64,000 nt of DNA from a virus, in IMG/VR virus record IMGVR_UViG_3300008255_000101, positions 1-64,000 of that record. The stretch is one strand, 5' to 3'. Of the stretch, positions 55,026 to 62,989 are shown piece after piece (the stretch's first letter is position 1; each line of letters opens with the position of its first letter). Made by a program: the position numbers and the translations under genes. Below the pieces are notes generated by a model. The model searched no databases and was not told where the DNA came from. It saw only the letters and a program-made list of their open reading frames with translations.

Positions 55026-57857
55026 TTACAGTGTGCTTCTCAGGTAGTGAGTTACAGTGATCCAGTTCAATCCGAAAATCGGACGGTAGTACACGACTAC
55101 ATTGATGATAGTGGGGTCGGCATCGTCAACCACAGCCTTGATACCTTGGAAAGCCCCAATCAGATTGAGGAGTTTCAAGGAGCTGAAGTAGCTGTTCAGG
55201 CTCTTTTCGATGTCGTTGGTGAGACCATTGATCATCTTCTTACCGATGAACACGTCACAAGTCCTACGGACACCCTGCTGCACGAAGTGCTTAACAGAGA
55301 TGATACGAGGGTCACGAGTCAAAGGAGAGGACAGATCAGTGGTCAGTGCCATCATAACTTTGATGACGCCGAATTTGTTTTCCAGCACGGTGATACCAGC
55401 CTGGGCAACCTGGGAAGCGTTGGCCAAGGTCATGGCTCTTGCCAGACGGAGGATACCCACCAAATCGATGTTGGTCAGAGGGGTAGCCACGTCACGAGAC
55501 GGGGATACATCCGCACCAGCCATGGCACAAGCGATGTACTCCCCACCGACCTGGATGTCCTGGTCATTACCGTTTTCATCAGGAACGGTAATAACCGCTC
55601 CGTCAGGGTAGATGGCTGTGAGGAGTTCAGTACGAAGAGCCTTGGCGTAACCAATGGCTGCTTCAGGTGTGGTACCCAAGGCAAAGCCAAAGTAGGAAGT
55701 CCTTTCGTTCTTGAAGCGGATGCTGGTCTGCTGAGCGTTGGAGCTCTTCAGGTGGTTGATCACCTGTTGATTGGAGGTAACCACCTGAAGGATGCAGGGG
55801 CGAGTGCTGTTGGAAAGGGGTTCGTCGAATTCGTCGATGGCGGCGATGTAACTGTTTACAGAAGCATCGTTGCTGTCAGGAGCCTTCTGCACCTGCTTAA
55901 GAGCCAGGGCTTGAGCACCATTCTTGAAAGCCAAGTCGGCAGCGATAACGATAGGGTTGTTCTGGGCCAAAGGACCGAACAGACGAGTCACTTCAGGGAA
56001 GGTTGTGACATACTTGGTAGTAAAGTCCACCTTCACCTTGTCGAAAGTCACGTAGTACACGTCACCCACGCCAGGTTCTTCGTCGTAGTTCATATTGTAG
56101 GTTTTGAGCAAAGCGGTGTCAGAAACAGCCACGCCCAAAGTCGTTTCCACATTGAAGCGAAGGTTAGGGATACCCAGCTCGTAGTTCACGCCTACGGTGA
56201 AATCCTTGGTCACGTTGAAGATCAAGGTTCCGGCAGTAGCGGATTCCAGAGCGAAGGTGAATCCAGTGATGGTGTCCACATAAGTCTGACCCACGGTACC
56301 AGTGTTGATGGAACCAGATCCAGTGCCGGTGGCGACGTTGGAGGTAACCACAAAATCACCACCGGCATCCACGGTCACGGTAACGATTTCATTACCGCGA
56401 GAGCGCGAAGGAGCAATATATGCGTTGCTGGCAGAACCGGCAGCGTCATCCCAACTGGTAGTTCCTGAGTCCAGGAAGGTAGCAGTGGATGTGCTGGCAC
56501 CATCCAAGCTGACCTGGTACACGTTTCCGTTGGTAGCTCCGCGAACAGTGTACTTACCTACTCCGGCGGCACCAGCCACGGAGTTGGTTACTGTCCAGGT
56601 GTCATCTTTGTACATGTTCACGTAGGAGTCCACGAAAACATATTCTCCGACAGCAGGAGCCGTTTGCAGAGTGATGGTCTTACCGTCCAACTTGGTGATG
56701 ACCGCTTCTACAGCGGTAGCCAAGGTGGTGCCCACATAGGCCGTAAGGTCGTCGTAAGTTTCGGGGGTGCCATTTCCGATATCAGAAATGGGGTTACCCA
56801 TTCCGTCACCTTTAACAGGTACCCATGGCAGCGTGAAGGACTTTGTGGTGCCGTTACCGGTCCCCACGGAAGCCTTGTAGTAGCGCCAGTCCACCATGAC
56901 AGCGGAAATCTGGTTAGCTCCGAATTCAGTGGAACCCACAGTGGTGTCACCGGCTTCGACGGAAGCCGAGTTACCCCAATGGATTTCGTTACCGTTAGCC
57001 AATACGTAGTCTCTTCCGTTCAGGAAGTCTGTGCGGCCGGCGTCGTAACCTGCACGAACGATGCTACTCACCAAAGCGGCTGGCAAGATATCGTACGTGT
57101 TTTGGTAATCGTTGGAGAAATAGCTTACGAGAATTTCAGCTCCAGCGGTAGGGGCTGACACGAGAGTGAACACACCAGTGCTTCCACTGATGGACTCAAC
57201 AGATGCTTCCACACCGTCAACCATTACGAGAAGGACGGGTACGGTGATGATGCTTCCGTTGGACTCGGTAGAGGCGCTTGCGCCAATGTCAGAGTTAGTA
57301 GCGCTTGCGCCACCGTTATCACCCTTGACGATGCGAGCGGCCTTCACCTTGAACTGGCGAGTAGTTCCGTCCGCCTGTACAGTAAGGTCTTCGGCTTCGT
57401 TGTAGGAGTCGCGGCGCTTGAAGTAGTAGTTCAATACTACCAGGTCGCCTTCCTGAGGGGGGTTAACCAGAGTGATCAAGCCGTTAACAGCGTCAATCCT
57501 TTGGACCGGTGAGTTCTCACCGTTAACCTGAACGATTACCTGGCTAGGCTCGGTAGCAAAAGTACCCTGTCCATCGCCTTTGACGAGAGGGTAGTGCTTG
57601 GCGCCGACTTGCACATTAACGCCATCAAACACATTACCTCTACCGTTGGAGGCAGCGAGTTCACCCATGATCAGATTGTCAGCGGTGGAGGAAGATCCTC
57701 GAATCATTTCGAATGATTCAACTCTTTCCTCTTCCTGACCTACACCAATAATAGCTGGGTAACGCAGACTGCCTGCAGCTGTAGGAGTGGGTGATTCCAC
57801 GAGGGTCCTAGTGTAGGTCCCGGGGAACACAAATTGTTCTAGTGGTCCTATGGCCAT
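55026..57857 (-). CDS. Contractile tail sheath protein with inserted beta domains
   Basis: N-terminal FPGTYTRT, AFKNGAQ, C-terminal DPTIINVVVYYRPIFGLNWI; 943 aa. Confidence 0.9.
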   Translation of the reverse strand: MAIGPLEQFVFPGTYTRTLVESPTPTAAGSLRYPAIIGVGQEEERVESFEMIRGSSSTADNLIMGELAASNGRGNVFDGVNVQVGAKHYPLVKGDGQGTFATEPSQVIVQVNGENSPVQRIDAVNGLITLVNPPQEGDLVVLNYYFKRRDSYNEAEDLTVQADGTTRQFKVKAARIVKGDNGGASATNSDIGASASTESNGSIITVPVLLVMVDGVEASVESISGSTGVFTLVSAPTAGAEILVSYFSNDYQNTYDILPAALVSSIVRAGYDAGRTDFLNGRDYVLANGNEIHWGNSASVEAGDTTVGSTEFGANQISAVMVDWRYYKASVGTGNGTTKSFTLPWVPVKGDGMGNPISDIGNGTPETYDDLTAYVGTTLATAVEAVITKLDGKTITLQTAPAVGEYVFVDSYVNMYKDDTWTVTNSVAGAAGVGKYTVRGATNGNVYQVSLDGASTSTATFLDSGTTSWDDAAGSASNAYIAPSRSRGNEIVTVTVDAGGDFVVTSNVATGTGSGSINTGTVGQTYVDTITGFTFALESATAGTLIFNVTKDFTVGVNYELGIPNLRFNVETTLGVAVSDTALLKTYNMNYDEEPGVGDVYYVTFDKVKVDFTTKYVTTFPEVTRLFGPLAQNNPIVIAADLAFKNGAQALALKQVQKAPDSNDASVNSYIAAIDEFDEPLSNSTRPCILQVVTSNQQVINHLKSSNAQQTSIRFKNERTSYFGFALGTTPEAAIGYAKALRTELLTAIYPDGAVITVPDENGNDQDIQVGGEYIACAMAGADVSPSRDVATPLTNIDLVGILRLARAMTLANASQVAQAGITVLENKFGVIKVMMALTTDLSSPLTRDPRIISVKHFVQQGVRRTCDVFIGKKMINGLTNDIEKSLNSYFSSLKLLNLIGAFQGIKAVVDDADPTIINVVVYYRPIFGLNWITVTHYLRSTL

Positions 57858-57959
57858 GCTATGTCTCCTTCAGTTATAAAAACTGCTGCCTTTTGTACTC
57901 CGGTTCGTACCCTATAGCCAGGTACCACAGAATGACTAATTTCTTCTGAGTCAACTCAC

Positions 57960-57973
57960 GATTAAAAGATTAT
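57960..57973 (-). promoter_or_regulatory. Candidate late promoter motif ATAATCTTTTAATC (copy 3), upstream of the sheath
   Basis: One of five intergenic copies. Confidence 0.6.
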
Positions 57974-57983
57974 AGGGTTCTGA

Positions 57984-58463
57984 CTAAATCTTTACTTCTC
58001 GGAAACCAGTCTTATCCCAAGCTTTAGGATCTCGTCCTAGGGCTCTTTGGCTATCCTGATGACCAGTCACAGCTTCTGAGTATATCTCAGATCTTTTTCT
58101 GCGGTTGGCATCACCCAGCATAGCCTCTGGATTGAACTTCTCTCCGGGTTTCACAGCGACGGTAACAATCTTGGCGCCTTCTGTTTCTTCGGCCTTCGCG
58201 ATCTTCTCAGCCGTTTTCTTCTCGAAAGCTTGCCACTTCTTATCAGCGTCTTCACCTACTACCCTGTCGATCTCTTTCTTCGTGTGGGGACTCTTTGTTT
58301 TCAAATCCAGTGGGGTATTTACGGAAAATCCCGAAAATCCGTTACGTACGGCCTTTCCAGAACAAAGGGGGCACCCCTGGTCATCCCTTTCGTTCATCGC
58401 AACCATTCTTTCGAAATTGTGGTTGCACTTAGTGCCGGAGCACTTGTATTGGTATAATGGCAT
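57984..58463 (-). CDS. FmdB-family zinc-ribbon protein
   Basis: MPLYQYKC...C.H.FE.......CPLCSG...R..S.F signature. Confidence 0.85.
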   Translation of the reverse strand: MPLYQYKCSGTKCNHNFERMVAMNERDDQGCPLCSGKAVRNGFSGFSVNTPLDLKTKSPHTKKEIDRVVGEDADKKWQAFEKKTAEKIAKAEETEGAKIVTVAVKPGEKFNPEAMLGDANRRKRSEIYSEAVTGHQDSQRALGRDPKAWDKTGFREVKI

Positions 58464-58478
58464 CTGGTTTTCTCCTAT

Positions 58479-59918
58479 CTAGTAGAATCTTGGATATGCT
58501 GTTTTTGGGTAGATAACCTGGAAGGGCTTATTGTCTACCCACATCTCTTCTTCGAACCACACCGATGGATTGACAGCAGTCACGCTATCCTTGACGTCCG
58601 TTGGAACCACTCGTCCCTCTGACACCTTAGCACGGTACTTAGCCAGCTTCAGTATGTAAGGAACGAATTTCTTCCACTCGGTCATTATTTCCATGGATAT
58701 GGTGTTTTGGAAGTACACGGCCTGGGTGGCATCGTCGTAGGATTCTTCCATCTCGCCTGTGGCATCACAAGCCTCGATGGTTATGCCTTCCCAGCGCAGG
58801 GGTTCCTTGCGGTTTCCCCAAATGTCAGAAATCAAATGGTCAGTCAATTCTTCGGTAGACATTGGGTCCCGAGTAAAAACCTTCCATTCTAAATTCATTA
58901 TGTAGTGGCCGCCATACACTTTGGCCACCTGCTCCCTCTGGGGATTAAGAACCACTACCTGCTTGTCCCCTGCCTGCTTACGGCTACCCACAGAAAGCAC
59001 TACACCTTTGATGGCGCTGTCTATGTACTGGTACTCATCCTTTACCGGGAAAGGACCTCTGTCCTCACCTCTCCATCTATAGGATGCGTAAACAGTGGTG
59101 CCCGTCTGCAGGGGGCGTAGGAAAGTGACCAAACCGGTTTCATCCACGTCGTAGTCGACGCCTCTGTCCAGGTAGATCAAAGTGGAGTTGAAGTTTTTCT
59201 TGGTGGTTAGGTTGAGGACGTAATCCAAGAGTACGGGGCTATTAGTTAGCTGTGCGTTAACTTCCACACCAGTTGTCTTTGCTATCAAAACTTCATTGAA
59301 CTCCGAGTACATCGGGGTTATCATAAAGTTGTCGTTCGCATCAAATTCTATGAAGTAGTAACCGGGTTTATCCACATCCACGTAGTAATAGGAGACTTCA
59401 ATCTTATCAGTGGAGGAAGCTGAGTATGGTAAACGGATCTGTCCACTCGCGGCATCCACTCCGGCGGCATCCAGGGGAACACCGTTTACATACAACTTTA
59501 CCTGTCCAAAGCTGGTAGCAGGCATCGTGTTTTGATTACCGGCTGCGATGGGAGCGTTAGCCACAGTCACCGTTCGCTGAGTCAAAGGATCCAGAGTGCT
59601 GGACACATCTTCTTTCTCGACGTAAGGTGTCAGATTATAGGCGTCTTCCCACACCCACTCGATGGTGGAACCCGGATAGTTTCCTACCCTGGTCAAAGCT
59701 ACCAGGGACCACAGGTCCCCTATGTAATCGTCGGGGCTTAGGTTTATGCGGGAAGAGGACACGCTCTGCAGGACTACTCCTGTCTGAGGTCTCTCCTTAC
59801 CCATATGAAGTCTGTTGTAGGCTTTCGTCCCGTGGGCATACGTAGGATGGCGCTGAATCGATAGATTCATCTCCTCAAACATCCTGTGCTTTATGGCACT
59901 GTATAGCTTATTTTCCAT
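58479..59918 (-). CDS. Tail completion/terminator-like protein with two inserted beta-sandwich modules
   Basis: Position upstream of the sheath; ERPQ.GVV N-terminus and F.RDP...EEL.D C-terminal half; inserts share the G.I.F..P module. Confidence 0.5.
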   Translation of the reverse strand: MENKLYSAIKHRMFEEMNLSIQRHPTYAHGTKAYNRLHMGKERPQTGVVLQSVSSSRINLSPDDYIGDLWSLVALTRVGNYPGSTIEWVWEDAYNLTPYVEKEDVSSTLDPLTQRTVTVANAPIAAGNQNTMPATSFGQVKLYVNGVPLDAAGVDAASGQIRLPYSASSTDKIEVSYYYVDVDKPGYYFIEFDANDNFMITPMYSEFNEVLIAKTTGVEVNAQLTNSPVLLDYVLNLTTKKNFNSTLIYLDRGVDYDVDETGLVTFLRPLQTGTTVYASYRWRGEDRGPFPVKDEYQYIDSAIKGVVLSVGSRKQAGDKQVVVLNPQREQVAKVYGGHYIMNLEWKVFTRDPMSTEELTDHLISDIWGNRKEPLRWEGITIEACDATGEMEESYDDATQAVYFQNTISMEIMTEWKKFVPYILKLAKYRAKVSEGRVVPTDVKDSVTAVNPSVWFEEEMWVDNKPFQVIYPKTAYPRFY

Positions 59919-59944
59919 GGGCCCTACTTTAAAGGGGTGCGAGC

Positions 59945-59958
59945 GATTAGAATATTAT
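59945..59958 (-). promoter_or_regulatory. Candidate late promoter motif ATAATATTCTAATC (copy 4)
   Basis: One of five intergenic copies. Confidence 0.6.
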
Positions 59959-60002
59959 GGGGTTTTCAGAGGGTGACTCAAATAATTTGTGGTGTTTTAA
60001 TA

Positions 60003-60036
60003 AAGTACCCCACCTCTTTTAGGAAGTGGGGTACTT
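60003..60036 (-). terminator. Intrinsic terminator-like hairpin after the actin gene
   Basis: AAGTACCCCAC / GTGGGGTACTT stem, followed by TATT on the minus strand. Confidence 0.7.
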
Positions 60037-60055
60037 AAAGTTTAGACCGGTTGGA

Positions 60056-61069
60056 TTACTCCGAGAAATTGATTGCCGCGATGAGCAGTCCCTTGGCAAC
60101 GTCGTTCAAAGGATCGTTGGCCAAGCGTATCTCCGAAATAGGGATGGGGAAGTCAGTGACCTTGTCGAACTCGGCTTGGAACAATTCCAAAAAGTTCTTA
60201 GCCTTAGCAGTACCGCCAGAAAGAACCCATGGTAGGGGCTCATCCACTTGTACGGCACTTTCCGTTTTACGGAACTCCCTCTTGATGTTATCCACCACAT
60301 ACTTGATGAGATTCTTGTAATAGACGATAATGGCTTCCCGCTCACGTAAATGCTTGGGATCTCCGTCGGTGGGGTCCAAAAGGTTCACGCCGCGTTCCTT
60401 AATGGCCATGATCTGCGAAGCAGTCATGCCCACAGCCCTGGCTGCATTTTCATCGATCCAGTCCCCCGACCGAGCCACAGAAAACTTCATACCTTCCATG
60501 GTCTGGTAAACCAAGGCCGAGTTCACCATGCCTGCTCCGAAGCTTGTGGCCAAAGCGGTAAAGGCCTCATCGGAACAGTTAGAGAATACCAGAGAGGTGG
60601 CCTCATTCATGGGTTGTGCGGTGTACCCGATCTGTTCGAGGATTTTCTTAAAAATTGCCTCATGGTAGGCTACATCGCCTTCCGCGTCCACGGGAGCCGC
60701 TGGGATGGAGTAGAAGCATACTTCCCCCTTCTGCGCGGGATCCCCCACCACTTCCTTAAGAAGGATGTACAGGATATTCTCAGCTTCCCTCTCGCCTGCG
60801 GAAATGACTCCCTTAGATAGGGGACGGCGTGCTTCGCGCTTCATCATGTTGGCGATCTTCAGAGCGGGGTCGCCCACGATGTAGAGTGTATCGCCCTTCT
60901 CGATGAAACTCACCTTGCTCATTTTGAGCATATTCTTAGTAGCGGGTTCGTTGTCCATGTTAAGAAAAGCGTCCCGGACAGATGTGATGTTCACGTCTGC
61001 CATGTCCGTGCTATCCGTTGTGGTAGCTCCCACAAGGAAACAGGTTCCGATGTCTAGCCCTTTTGCCAT
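60056..61069 (-). CDS. Actin-family ATPase, volactin-like
   Basis: Phosphate-1 GLDIGT, RRPL..GVI, connect-1 PMNEA, phosphate-2 SFGAGMVN, GDWID, adenosine VLSGGTA, connect-2 DPLNDVAKG. Confidence 0.88.
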   Translation of the reverse strand: MAKGLDIGTCFLVGATTTDSTDMADVNITSVRDAFLNMDNEPATKNMLKMSKVSFIEKGDTLYIVGDPALKIANMMKREARRPLSKGVISAGEREAENILYILLKEVVGDPAQKGEVCFYSIPAAPVDAEGDVAYHEAIFKKILEQIGYTAQPMNEATSLVFSNCSDEAFTALATSFGAGMVNSALVYQTMEGMKFSVARSGDWIDENAARAVGMTASQIMAIKERGVNLLDPTDGDPKHLREREAIIVYYKNLIKYVVDNIKREFRKTESAVQVDEPLPWVLSGGTAKAKNFLELFQAEFDKVTDFPIPISEIRLANDPLNDVAKGLLIAAINFSE

Positions 61070-61085
61070 AATGGCCTCCTATCTG

Positions 61086-61781
61086 CTATTTTTGATTGTT
61101 GTTCTTGTTAAGTTCTCGTAGTTTTGCCAAAGAAGAATTGACAGTTCCTCCCTGACCGAGACTCTTAGTCTCAAGCTTCACCCTATTCGTCATGTCGTCC
61201 ACTTGGAAAGATGATGGAACGTAGACCTCTTCACCCACCGTACTCCGGCTAGACTTGGTCTCTACAGACCGTACACCTGCCCCTGAAACGGTTATACCCC
61301 TGACGGACTCTTCAACGCGATCCAGTTGTTCGACCACCGATGAGGAGATGTCATTCTTATTTTTGAGAGCCTCCTGGATACCAGCTACCTGTACAGCCAG
61401 GGACTGCAGGGCAGTTTCTACACCTGTACCGGTTGCGGGAGTGGCTGCAGGGGGCATTACTTCTTGACCACTCTTTTGCTGTATAACAGCAACCTTATCA
61501 CTGAGCTCTCTAATTACTCCCAGGATTGCGTCCATCTTCCCATCATCTACGGGGACCGCTGGTTGCACCACTTCTGGATTCTGTACGGGGGCCTTAAACC
61601 CAGGATAACTCTCGACCTTGTGGTCCATCACAAAAAGCTTTCCAGCTTCTATGGCCTTTTTGAGTTCGGGGGAGGAATTATATTGGTTATCCGAAAAAAT
61701 CTTTTCTTGACCATAGTAGACCCTGTCTGCTATGTCCCGTAATTCCACAGTTCGGAAATCTATTCCTCTTACCTTTATCAT
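61086..61781 (-). CDS. Hypothetical coiled-coil protein, candidate actin adaptor
   Basis: Small N-terminal domain, Pro-rich linker, heptad coiled coil, C-terminal amphipathic SSLAKLREL; directly upstream of actin. Confidence 0.55.
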   Translation of the reverse strand: MIKVRGIDFRTVELRDIADRVYYGQEKIFSDNQYNSSPELKKAIEAGKLFVMDHKVESYPGFKAPVQNPEVVQPAVPVDDGKMDAILGVIRELSDKVAVIQQKSGQEVMPPAATPATGTGVETALQSLAVQVAGIQEALKNKNDISSSVVEQLDRVEESVRGITVSGAGVRSVETKSSRSTVGEEVYVPSSFQVDDMTNRVKLETKSLGQGGTVNSSLAKLRELNKNNNQK

Positions 61782-61830
61782 TTTTTATAGTAAGCCCGCC
61801 TTAGGCCGCGGGCATAGCCTTTCGGATGGA

Positions 61831-62874
61831 TTAGCCCAAGTAGGCAGCGAGCTTTTCTTGGTTGATGCGCGCAGACTTGCTGGCTGGTGCCGGCGTAGCC
61901 TGTGCCACATCGCGGGGTGCCCCTTGGTTACTGAGTTCATCAGCACCAGGAACGTGTATTTTGGAGGAAGTACCGTCTTCGTTCTGAACCGTTTGGTCAT
62001 AAGAAGGAAGCTGGTGGACAGGAGCCGAAGCCATTTCGTTCACCACTTCGATAGCCTGGGTAGCGCCTGGGAGATATTTTTCCAGCATGGAAACATTCTT
62101 ACCCTGGCCTGCAAAAGAAGCACCGATAGTGAGAAGAAGTGCGGCCAAAGCTGCCTTAACAGGAGCACCTGCCAAATGAGAGGCGTCGGGCTCAGGCATC
62201 AGCATGGAGACCATAGCCTGCAAGTCGTTGTGCTTAGCATCACCGTACTTGGTCTTGAAATTGCGTAGGTTGGTTTCCATGTCCGCAGGAGACAAATTGG
62301 TTTCGAAGATGAATTCCAAATCGTGAGGATGGACATCCTTAAGGATGGCTTGGGCTTGTTCCAAGTCACGTGCGCGAACAGCATGCTCGTCCAGTACCTT
62401 CACAGCCCGGAGTGCTTTCTGCTTGGCGTCTTCACCCACGTCCACTTTACCGGTGGCGATGTTGGAAACATTCTTAAGTCCGTTCATGACCTTGTCTAGG
62501 ATACCCGCCTGTGCCTCCATGGCAGCTTGAGCCTCCATGGCACCTTCGTCTTCCTTGGAGCCTTCTTCGGAAGCCTCGGCAACGTCCACGTAGAACTTTT
62601 CGCTGTCGGGAGTGGCTACGTAGGACATGGAGCTCTGCTTACAGGAAGCACACTTAACCTTGTCATTGACAGTCACAAGCGCAGCTTCGACGTTGAATGT
62701 CCCACCCTCAGAGGCCACTTTGCTGGCATGGCTGTGGATGGACGCATTGATTTCGCTCAACGAGGCAGTGTGCCCACAGCCGCCGCATGCAAAAATGGTC
62801 TTTTCGGCAGCTTCTTTCTCCAAGTCTTCAGCGAGCTTGATGAGGTGTTCGGCGGCAGTGATGATTCGTGGCAT
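61831..62874 (-). CDS. Zn-ribbon-containing Ala-rich protein (possibly head-internal)
   Basis: CGGCGH...CASC Zn pair; low-complexity linkers. Confidence 0.55.
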   Translation of the reverse strand: MPRIITAAEHLIKLAEDLEKEAAEKTIFACGGCGHTASLSEINASIHSHASKVASEGGTFNVEAALVTVNDKVKCASCKQSSMSYVATPDSEKFYVDVAEASEEGSKEDEGAMEAQAAMEAQAGILDKVMNGLKNVSNIATGKVDVGEDAKQKALRAVKVLDEHAVRARDLEQAQAILKDVHPHDLEFIFETNLSPADMETNLRNFKTKYGDAKHNDLQAMVSMLMPEPDASHLAGAPVKAALAALLLTIGASFAGQGKNVSMLEKYLPGATQAIEVVNEMASAPVHQLPSYDQTVQNEDGTSSKIHVPGADELSNQGAPRDVAQATPAPASKSARINQEKLAAYLG

Positions 62875-62969
62875 ACCTTTTTCTCCTGTTCCAGTACGTT
62901 AGGTCTAGCAACATAACCGTACGAGGAAAACAAAAACCTGTACGGCGGGTTTTGAAATAAGAGCACAAG

Positions 62970-62983
62970 GATTAGAAGATTAT
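62970..62983 (-). promoter_or_regulatory. Candidate late promoter motif ATAATCTTCTAATC (copy 5), upstream of the actin operon
   Basis: One of five intergenic copies. Confidence 0.6.
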
Positions 62984-62989
62984 CCGTCC

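Noticed and set aside
55047-56468. 473-aa plus-strand ORF and the many other plus-strand ORFs
   Set aside because: Antisense shadows of strongly codon-biased minus-strand genes (here the sheath); no recognisable domains.
14444-59918. eCIS / tailocin / T6SS locus instead of a phage tail
   Set aside because: Linked to a neck protein and a full replication module (PolA, DnaB, SNF2, sigma); no Afp15-like ATPase or T6SS membrane complex seen.
62933-62953. Hairpin plus T run as a terminator ahead of the actin operon
   Set aside because: On the coding strand the stem is mostly A-U with a C-A mismatch; too weak to call.
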